Assembly (NCBI GenBank): GCA_002269645.1
Contig: NIVC01004251.1
Coordinates: 1-53,266, forward strand
Source of the DNA: Macrostomum lignano
Taxonomy: Eukaryota
Reading direction: 5' to 3'
DNA length: 53,266 bases
Below, in pieces: positions 28,445-39,000 of this stretch (position 1 is the stretch's first letter; the number at the start of each line of letters is the position of its first letter). The notes below the pieces were generated by a model. The model worked only from the letters and a program-made list of their open reading frames with translations, was not told the DNA's origin and did not search any database. The position numbers were made by a program, and so were the translations under genes.

Positions 28445-31400
28445 CTACTTTCCGGATGAGGATGCGGCTGAGCCAGTGGACTTGCTGTGCTGAATTAGCC
28501 ACTGCAGGGTGATGTCTGCAATTCAGTAAAAATAATTATTTTATGCAAAAATACTGTGGAGGTCATATACGCAAAGTGAAGATAAAGGTAAAGAGAGGAG
28601 ATACGTAAGAGGGTAAAAAGGGGAGATATGGGAGAGGGTAAGGAGGGGGGTATGGGAGAGGGTCAAGAGGGGGAATATGAGAGAGGGTAAAGAGGGGAGA
28701 TATGAGAGAGGGTAAAGAGGGGACATATGGGAGAGGGTAAAGAGGGGACATATGGGAGAGGGTAAAGAGGGGAGATATGGGAGAGGATAAAGAGGAGACA
28801 TATGGGAGAGGGTAAAGAGGGGACATATGGGAGAGGGTAAAGAGGGGGGATATGAGAGAGGGTAGAGGGGGATATAGGAGAGGATAAAGAGGGGAAGTAT
28901 TTGACACGGTAGAAGGGAGACATAGGAGGATAGAGCGGGAGATAGGGGAGAGGGCAAAGAGGGGAGAGTAAAGGTAATTATTTTGCTTTTAAGCTTGACA
29001 AGCAGATCCCAAGGGATTTCAAGTCATAGATCACTATTGAGACGCAGAAGTCAATGCAAAGCCTGTTAAATCAGTCACAATAGCAAGCATACTCACCAAT
29101 ATTCTCCTTCTCTTTGCAGCTAATAGAATAGCAGCAGACCTCTCGATCAGTGATATTAGTCAGGCTCAATCGTTCAATTAATTCTCGTTCGTCTAGAGCG
29201 GAATCCAGGTCTCGTTTATTGCCCAACACTAGCACTGGGATGCCCTGCAGTTGCGGCTTGTCCAACAGATTATGCAGCTCATTTCTGGCCGCTTCCAACT
29301 TATCCCTATCAGCGGCGTCCACCATGTAGACAATGGCGTTGACGCCGCGGCAGTAGCGCTCCCACATGCTGCGAAAGCGAGGCTGGCCACCAATATCCCA
29401 CAGCTTGATGGTGACGCTGCCTTTGGTGATTTTGCGCATGTTGAACCCAACAGTTGGTATCATGTCCTCCGTGAATTGGCCAGACTGTGTAGCAATGATG
29501 TAAGGAAATCGATATTATTTTCTGGCTTTTTTGGAACAACATTGAATGATAGACACCCCCCCCCCTTTTAAATGGCCTAGGTTTTAAAGTCATATTTTCT
29601 ACAACTTCTATGGGTCAGCGTCAGCTTGATTGACTTATGGCCTACCAAGCCTCTCTATCTGGCCTTTGGGTCTTTTGAAACTTAATAATAGCAATCTAGC
29701 CTACTCAAGGTTAGTATCTGTTTTTTTTCTCTTTTCTACTCCATCTCCTCTCCTCTAGCCTATAGTTATAGGCCTACACTAAGTTCTCCACCTGGCCCTA
29801 TGAGAATTATGCCAACCCTTTACCTTAGGCCTCTTTACCAATTGGCTGTCTTTGTGAATAGTGTCTTACATAGATAAGGAAATCAATTAGCCACTTGTGC
29901 ATGCTGGCATCAAGCATAATTTCTTTCTATGCAGTACAAAACAATACTTAACTAAGCTCCAAGGCAACAAAACAAGTCTAGAAATAACCAAGATATATAA
30001 CAATGATAACATAAAACAAAATAAGGCTATTTCTATAATCCTTTGCAGTTATACCACCTAGGATCAAAGTTTGTTTGAATACTTGCATATTTGACAAGCA
30101 ATCTATATAACTATTTAATAAAAAACTATTATTTAAAGTTCATATTTATAAAAGTATCAGTAGTATTATCAGTATTGATTGACTATAGTAGTATTATCCA
30201 TAAAAATGAAGTTTTTAAAAACTCTTAAATAGCATATGAACTTTTAAAAAGAATAGGTGTGTGTAACTATTGCAACATTTGCCTTCTATATTTAGCAAAG
30301 GCAAAGTTTTAAAGTTTTGGTAAGCATAAGTTGGTAGGCCTATGCTAAAAATGGAATTCTTTCATTTTATGATCCCCATTCCTAGGCACTTTCATTATAT
30401 GATCCCCATGTAAAAGATGCAGTCAAAGAATAGAAACCAGACGAAACAGTATCCATGAGTCAAAGGCACTACATTAAGGCAATTTCAACTGATGTCTATT
30501 TGAAGTGGAGTTCAACCAAAATGAGGCAATCAAACAAAGCCACGACAAGATTCTTGGCAAGAGAGAGAAGTCTCTATATTCACTTTTGTTATACGGTCAT
30601 TTAAATGGAGGAAATGTATACAAAGGGATTGGATAATGAAATTTGGGCTTTTCATCTATTTTGTAATACAATCCCCCAAGTCAAAAATTTGTTTGCAAGG
30701 GATCGCATATCAAAAATGAAATCAAGGTATTGCACTTATAGATGAAGTAAATATAGTTCATACAATATCTAATAATTCCACACCTGACCCCCCTCCCCCT
30801 CACTTTTGTTTTGCAATCCCTTTACAGTACATACATTGTTTCACACTGTCTAAAAACACTGTTTAAAAAAGAAAAGGGAGGGACGCCAAAAAATCACAAC
30901 TTACTTTTGTGGAATCTCTATCAGGTAGCCTAGACAAGGGTTTAGACATGGTACACAATCCCCTGCAAACAAATTTTAAACTTGGGGCATTGTATTACAA
31001 AATTGATGAAAAGCCCAAGCTTTGTTATCTGATCCTTTTCCATACATTTTATCTATTTGAATGATCATATAACGAAAGTGAATATAGAGACATCCTTACT
31101 CTTGCCAAGAATTCTGGCTTATAATTAATTAGGGTCATCATGCTTCAAATATACTCCACTGAAATGCAAACAAGACTCCTATCTTTTACATAGGGGATTG
31201 TATAACGAAAGTGACATGTTCTGTAGGACAAATGTAAGGGGATAGTAAAACAAAAAAAGAATGCCCTAAAAATTTACTTGAGCTTAAGGTGGTATACCAA
31301 AATGGTAGATCAAACTAGTTAAATTATTTATTAATATGCTAAACATTTTAGGTTTACCAATAACTTACCAAAGGCAAAGCATGGAACTATATCATATATA

Positions 31401-31975
31401 AATAATAAATACAAAAGTATATATCTAATCAAATAATAACAAAAAATCAATTAAAAACAATTAAATGTAGGCCTATATTTTAAACTAGGCCAAAACTAAA
31501 ACAAAAGCTGCCTTGAATAAATTATTCCTAAACAATATTTATTATAGCTTTTATATACTAGGCCTAGGGGCTTAGTCAAGGAGTTGTCTATACTTTGGAT
31601 TATGTATTAGTATATGCCAAGTTTTAAGCCAGAAAAATGATGAGACCTCATTTGTATGCCAGGTTTGTGTACCAATACAAAAAAATTCCATTGACACAAT
31701 ATATTTAATATTACTGTCATATATGCTAGGATATACCTTTCATATATGCTAAAAATGGTAAGTACCCTTGTTTTTTGCCGGGAAATCCTGGCATACATGT
31801 TGCCTTCCAAACAATGGGGGGGGGCATCAAATATAAGAAAGATTTGACTTACAGCAATAACATTCACAAATGTTGTTTTTCCTGAATTTTGCAAGCCAAC
31901 AAGAGTAAGTTCCATTTCTTCTTTCCAAAACAAACTTTTAATCCAGTCTAGAATTCTCTGAACAAGTGCAAACAT
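28445..31975 (-). CDS. ARL8: ADP-ribosylation factor-like GTPase 8 (lysosomal ARL8), 3 exons, 193 aa
   Basis: Exons 31975-31853 ([41 protein letters not shown]), 29484-29097 ([18 protein letters not shown]...[19 protein letters not shown]...NKRD) and 28515-28445 ([12 protein letters not shown]). Near-identical to known ARL8 proteins as I recall them. Confidence 0.96.
28590..28965. repeat. About 25-bp purine-rich minisatellite (ATGGGAGAGGGTAAAGAGGGGAGAT)n in ARL8 intron 2
   Basis: Directly visible. Confidence 0.9.
30550..31112. mobile_element. Old MITE-like element with about 155-bp imperfect inverted arms in ARL8 intron 1
   Basis: ATTCTTGGCAAGAG...CTCTATATTCACTTTTGTTATA...GGGCTTTTCATC...TTTTGTAATACAATCCCCCAAG (30550 to about 30710) is mirrored at about 30955-31112. 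No TSD identified. Confidence 0.7.
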
Positions 31976-33093
31976 TGTTAAAACAGGCGGATATGCGTAG
32001 TAGTTGAGATAAAAATTCAGAATTGAAGTAGATCAGACTTGATCTGAATTAGTCAATCAATTATATTAACTATTAAAGTTGAAGTGTAGGTCTAGCAGAA
32101 AGTACTAGGCCCACTACTACTACAGAACAGAGACCTACAATAGAAAATTTCAAGTAAGGTCCTACACACCGAAGGAAATTTTTGAACTGAATAATGGCTA
32201 ATGCAGTTCTATAGTAGTATAGAGTCGGCCTATTAACTATCAAAAGGAAAAAACTAAATATTAAAGTTTAACTTGAAGGCTAGCTTTATGCTTAAAGGCC
32301 AAACTTTTCAAGTCTTCTGCAGCACGTCTGTGATTTGCTTAACAAGCTGTTCAGTGTATGGTCTCTCTCTTTTTACACCTTCGTCTCATCTTACACCACG
32401 ACCGCATTACACAGTTCTTGTAAAGTTGAGATCAGCTGACGGCTTAAAACGATATAATACGCGTACATGTATTTCCGGTTTTTAACACTTTTTAAAAGCA
32501 GCAGGTGGCCAGCGGTAAGCAACAGACCTACAGAATTTTAACGAAGCTCGGTTCTTGTGCAAAGTGGTTATTTAGAAAATAAATAAGTAAGCTAATATTA
32601 GCATTTGTTTCCTAAAAGCTCTAAATTTGTCGGTACTAATTAAGGTCACGATGTTATAGATAAAACAAAGTCACAATATTTAAATCAGCCTAATAGGATA
32701 CTCATAAATTTAGGCGACCTAACTATCTATTTTTAACAAAGCTTATAATAAATAGGTTTTTTTAGTTTTATTATTTAAAATATAAAAATCAGTTAACAGG
32801 AAATACGTAGGAAAACAGAACTTTGAGACGATTGGGTTGACGGTGTTTTGCACTGAATTCGGCTAGCTAGGCCTACGCCGCGTTCGACTGCAGTTGAAGA
32901 AGCCTATGATTTTTACTCGAAAGCAAATTGATTAATTATTTGTTTTTACATATCTTAAAGCTGCAAGCAAGACCTTATTCTATTACTATATCTACATAGT
33001 AATGACGATCATTTTTTGATAGGAAATCGTCACAGCACAAACTTGAAAAAAATTATATTGACGTATTTCTATTTTAATAAATTATTCAATATT
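31976..33093. promoter_or_regulatory. Putative bidirectional promoter / 5' UTR region shared by ARL8 and ZDHHC5/8
   Basis: Divergent start codons about 1.1 kb apart; transcription start sites cannot be seen in the sequence. Confidence 0.5.
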
Positions 33094-36000
33094 ATGTGTA
33101 ATTGCTGTAAATGCTCATCTAAAGCTGTGCCAGCTGTTGTGGCTTGGTCTATTCTGATTGTCTTCACTGTATTATATTTTGTATATGTGTAAGTAGAGAC
33201 TCCGGCGAGCTCCGAGTAGCGTGGTTGAAACTAGAAAAAACGTACATTTAGCACCTACTTCAAACAGAAAACTAAGATAGAAAAAATATGACTGTGTAAA
33301 AACTGAAATACACAATAAAAAGCACAATAAATGTACTTCAAAATGAGTGCTCAAACAGCTTCTAAAGTCGATCAGAGACAAAGTTATGGACAGTTAAAGT
33401 TTCATCATTTTTGCATTCCCATGCAAAATGAAGCCTATTTTACGGTAAAAATCGTGACTTTGGAAAGTCTAATTTTTAATAACGAAATGACCGTTTTAAA
33501 CAAAAATAATCAATATAAAAGCAATCTAGGCATAATTAAGTATCATTTTATGTAAATTTCAGAAGAAAAAAATATTCCCTGTTGCCTACAGGGGTAGTCC
33601 AAATTTTTTTCTTCGATTTCTTTGTATCATCCGATTGCTGCACGGAATTCAAATGTAAATTTCTTTATTCTTTGTTGCAAGTGGAAGGACATGCAGAAAA
33701 CCGTTTGGGATTACCTAGTCGCGCATTGCTACTAAGTTGATTCAAAGATCATAGTAAAATCAAAGTAAATGTCTATTTAAAATATATTTTTTATTTTTTT
33801 TGAGAAAAAAAGAGACGCACAAATACAGTTGATATTGACTTTCATACATAATTGCATGACAAGTGTGAGGAATGAAAGTTCCTTCTGACAACTGACCGCG
33901 CACTTAGAAATATGAGCATCAATATGTTTCAGCGAGATTCAGGTAAACGGCAGGAGTAACTATGACTTTCAGTGCAAATGCAATTGCATCGTCACCTTAT
34001 TAGTAGGAAAAATGAACATTTTTAAACTGTATTTTGTAAGTTAATTGCACTATGAAGTCAATACACACTGTCTTGAAATTCATTTCCATGATAACCATTA
34101 CAACTGCTGTCTTCAAGATGTGTACTCTTCTATTCTATGTACACATTGTACATGGGGGTCATATGAGAGGCTTCCGTTGGAAAGCTGCTGGATATCAGAC
34201 CCCAGCATAGTGATCCCAACAAGCGACCCCTGGCATTCGTCTGGTCAACGATGCAAACTCTCAAAAATGTATGGTATGTATGGTACAGAGTACCGTGGAA
34301 CTGTTGCAATAGGTTTATGCCTGTGCAATAAAAGCAGGTAGGTGATTTTTTATATGGCATTGAAAAGCAGCCATTTTGTTTGAATGTCTTCTGACTTATG
34401 CAGCTACTGAGTTAGCTAGATTCTTCATTGTAATAATGAGTGATTATTTTGGGTGCAAACTCTGAAGACTTAACATGCAAATACTAGCCTAGGTGCTAAT
34501 CTGTGTGGGAGATAGTACATAATATGAATCTCAGGCAACTACGTTTTGTGAACAGACCAAGCTGTGCTTGAAAAACTTTGTTAAACAATGAATACACTTA
34601 GTCATCATCATCATCATAATCGTCATCGTCATCAGAGAGAACATTCAATTCGCCAGCCAGGTAGTCCTTGTTGAGGTCATAGGTGTACTCCCCTTCAAAA
34701 TCATCGAACACAACCTTGAACTCCTGGCTGAGAATGTCCCTGCTCTGGCAGGTTGATGGCAGTCGCTGGAGGACGTGGCCTGGTATCCAGTCCTCCCCAT
34801 CTGTGAAGCAGAACTTCATCTCGATTCTTCTGCTCACCAGATCGGGGAGGTTGGCCAGCGTCCGCTGATTGGTGGTCTCGTCAATGGCGTCGCCCTCATC
34901 CTCGTGTCTTCTTCCTCGTCCTCGTCCTCGTCCTCCTCCTTGACCTCGTCCTCCTCCTTGACCTCGACCTCGTCCTTGACCTCGACCTCGTCCTTGACCT
35001 CGACCTCGTCCGCGTCCGCGACCGCCGCCTCGTCCACCAAGGCCAGGCCCAGCTTGAGCAGCCACAGCTCCTGCATCTTGAATCCGTTGACGACGCTGCA
35101 GCCTGTCAGCAATGGCAGTGCGGACTCGCTCCTTGCGCTCGCGAGCATCCAGGAGGCCGGACGGAGGCACGGTGGGCGCATCGGCACCCTTTTGCTGGTC
35201 CTGTAGTTCCACTATCTGCAGAACTTCACGCAGTTGGCTTCGCAGTTGAGGCACACTGCGCTTGACACCAGCCGCGGAGAAGTTGAGCAGGCTGGCCTTG
35301 TCCTTGGGCAGGTGGATCTCTACAAAATATTACATGAAACATAATTTTCATGCTAAGCAGTGAGCAAACAGACACATTTTTCTGCCCACACGTACTGGTC
35401 GCTTTGTGCAGTTGCAGCTGTGCTTTGATGGCCTTCTCGTGCTGGTCAGGGGCTAGTTGGTGCAGCACAGCGTCCATCCTGGAGATGGTTGGCCAGAGTC
35501 CGCCGTAGGCCTCGATGACACGGAGAATGGATCGGATGCTCTCGGCGTTCGAGTCCTTCTTGCGCTGCTTTTCAGCTAGCTTGGCGCGGAGAATCTCCTG
35601 GCGGCAGCTGCGCAAGGCGTCGGCGCTCTCCTTCCCTCGCTTTTCGAGCTGAGGGACCAGCTTCCGTGCCCTGGTAAGAAGGAGGTCCTTCTCGCGCTCC
35701 GTCTTGTCGGCCAGCCACTCGGACGTGCAGTTATAGCCGAAGAGCACAAGCGACTCGCGCGCAAGAGGGCGCATGTTGGGCCTGTCTGCGACGCACTTAT
35801 CCAGCATCCCGAAGCCTCGCTCGACTGCTACGTTGTCCTTAGGCGCAGATGAGACAAGCTGGGCAACTTCTGGCGTGAGCTGCCGCAGAGTGCCCCCAGG
35901 CAGGTGGTCACGCACCTCTCTCTCTAGCAACACAAGCATGTGTGTCGCCATGATCTGAAGTGGTGTTTTAAAGTATAAAAGCTACAATCTATACATTCGT

Positions 36001-39000
36001 TAATGTTCATTGATACTGTACTGTACTTTGTGACTAATCAGCGCATTCATAATTCAAAACCCATATTTACCTGCAGAGCCTGGCCGACAATCTCGTTCTC
36101 CAAGGCTGTCAGCTCAGACGTCAGCGCCGCCCAGATGTCCTGCAGCTGGATGTCCCGGAGAACCGTCTGGGCCAGTTCGGGAAATGGGCCAATCATGCTG
36201 CTGGCCACAGTAACGCCCTCGGACGATGACAGCTGGCGCAGCCAATTGCAAGCGCGCTCATAGCGTTCGTTCATGTCCGTGAGGGTCACGTCTCGGCAGC
36301 GCAGGAGCACCCACAGTGGCCGGATTAGCAGAACGTCAGCAATTCCGAGTGCACGGCAGCCACTCAGCAGCAAATCAGATGCCAAGTCAGCCTGCACTGC
36401 GATCAGCAGGCGGTTGCTGCAGGTGTACTCAGCCAGGAACTCGGACAGGCGGTCTCGCTGCCAGAAAATGTTTCCCCCGTTGGGAAATGTGATGTAGGCG
36501 CGGTTGCCACGGAAGTCGTCCAAACGAAGGGACGGTGCGCCCTTCGACTCCAGATACGTTTGAAGCGGAATCGCAACGCCACACTGTTCACTGCCCAGGG
36601 CATGGAACGCCTTGCAGACGGTGCGGATTAGACGCTGCGTGCCAGATTCAGCTTGGGACGGGCGGAAGCCAGGGAGGGCAGCAGATCCGACGGCCTCTGC
36701 AGCCATGCAAGTCTCCCACTCGCGCAGCGCAGCTTCTGCGGCAGCAGCAAGATTTACAATCACATGCATGCCGCAGAACAGTGCAGTCACAGGTGGAGGT
36801 GGGTTCACGCCTTGCTGGGTTGCCAGCTCCTGCCGCATCTCGTTGAGCAGTACGTTGAGGCACTTGTTGACCACGTGTCGGTCAGTCATTAGGAAGTTGA
36901 CGCGTGCCAGTAGATTACACTTCAGGCGGCGTCTCTCTTCGTCGCTCGAGTGGGCAAGAACTACCGAGCAAAACAGATCGACCAGCTCTTCCACCGAGTA
37001 GTCCAGTTCGCGGGCGTAGATGTTCGCGGTGCCACCCTCGACCTCGCGAAGAGAAACAGCCATCGGGCGGCTGTCCCCAGTGTCAACCTATGAATGGTGC
37101 ATATGTAATACAAAGCATATTGTGAATATAAAAGTTCATTCTTATTAACTAAAAGTTCTCTTTTTGTGAATATTAATAATAATAATTAATTATTAAATTC
37201 ATTTCCTTCCTTTAAGTCCAATTATTTGTCAATATGCACGAAAATGCATTACTCAAGTTTACCTGGTAGGCGGCATAGTGTCGGCCCTTCTTGCTGGTAG
37301 CATCATGCAAGATCGTTATTGGTCGGTCCTCCTTTGCCCCCTGATGCAGCAGCTTCTCCATCGCGCTCGCCTTAGCTAGGCAGCTGCCAAGGCTGTAGCT
37401 CAAAGCACTGACCTGCGAACGCGACGGAAGCGCCAAGTTGCCGGCGTCGATGCCAACGAGGTCCGTGAGGACGCGTCGAATCGCTGGCTTGACGTGCTGC
37501 ACAGGGACGTGGCAGTCCAGCACCAAGTGCATACAGGTGCTGATGACCTGGTTCGTGTACTGCTGTCCTCCACTCGGACGTGATGTCTTGGTGATGATGG
37601 AGCCCACACTCTGCTGTTGAAGCTTCTCGTTTGCTTCACAGATGAGGCCGTGCAAACTGCGGGTATCGGCTCTGAGCTCCTTCACTCTCTCAGTGGCGAG
37701 CTGACTTGACTTGCTACGGCTGTTGGCACGCCTCAAGCGCAGGTCACGCCTACGGCTGGCAGATGATGCAAAGGCCTGCCGCTTGGCATGCTCAGCACGC
37801 AGCTTGTCGTATCTGCCTTGTAGCCGTCTGAGACGCTGATTCCAGACGCGAATTTCAGGCCGCTTGGCTAGCTTAGCCCTCAGTCGCCGGACTTCAGCTT
37901 TCTGCTCGGCCAGGGCGGCCTTCAGCTGCGCAACTTTGGCTTTGGCCTTGTGAACTCGCAGATCAACAATGGCTGCCTCGATGCCGATCTTCTCTTCGAC
38001 AGAGACACTCATGCCAGACTGCTTCGATTGGTCAAGCCTTGCTGGAGTCGGTGAGTTCGAGGCCATTGGCATTGGTGATGTTGACAAAGGCACAATCGGC
38101 ATTGCCATTGGGTTCAACAGCTGTTGCAATGCCGCTGGAGGTTCGAATTCTCGTGCCAAATGGGCCTCATATGTCGAGATGCCATCACCAGACGCAGCCT
38201 CACGAGTGTGACTCTTCAGCAGAATTTGGGCTTCTCTCTCTAAATCCTTAATCCTTTTCAGGAGTGCCTTCTTCAGATTGTCAGAGACAAACTCCATCAA
38301 GTGAGAAGGTAGCCCAACCAGTTTCAGAATCGGCTGGGCCTTGTCAAGTCCTGTATGGGCCTGGCTGCTGGACTTGAGATGAGTAATCACCTGGCCATTG
38401 GTGACTGGGCGAATGGATGATCTGGACCTGCCACGAAGCCGAAGGTTGGGCTTGGTCTTGGGTGTGGAGGATGTGGCCATAGATAGTATTGTTTAGTCAG
38501 TCAGTACTCCAGTAGTCTACTCCAGTGGCAGCTGGAATGGTAACATATTGATTGACTTACTGAGTTACTCAGGTGATTCAGTGCCAAATAAGTATGAATA
38601 TGTCTCATTATCAATAATGAGACATATAATTTATGTCTCAGTTATCAATAGTTTATAATATATTTGTAATATTTATAATAATATAAATAAACTTATAATA
38701 TATTATTTATTATGATACATTTAATTTTAATTTATAATAATATAATAAATATAATTTATTATGTTTTTTAAATTTAGTATAATAAATTTATAATAATTTA
38801 TCAATAAAATCAAATTGTAGCTTTAAAAAGCATATGTATTGCCCCCGTGACCACACACAGTTATCATTTTTCCTATACTTAGTGCAAAATAACTTAAGAA
38901 GAAAGGACACCACTGACTTGCCTTGTACATAGCAAGCAAGGCAAGAAAAAAAGCAAAAAAATGACACCAAGAACAGCAAAATTGGTAATACAAAACGAAA

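Noticed and set aside
33187-33194. Alternative 8-bp TSD GTGTAAGT for the hAT-like element
   Set aside because: It would make the TIRs asymmetric (left end lacking the terminal T); 7 bp gives symmetric TAG...CTA ends. Other copies should settle it.
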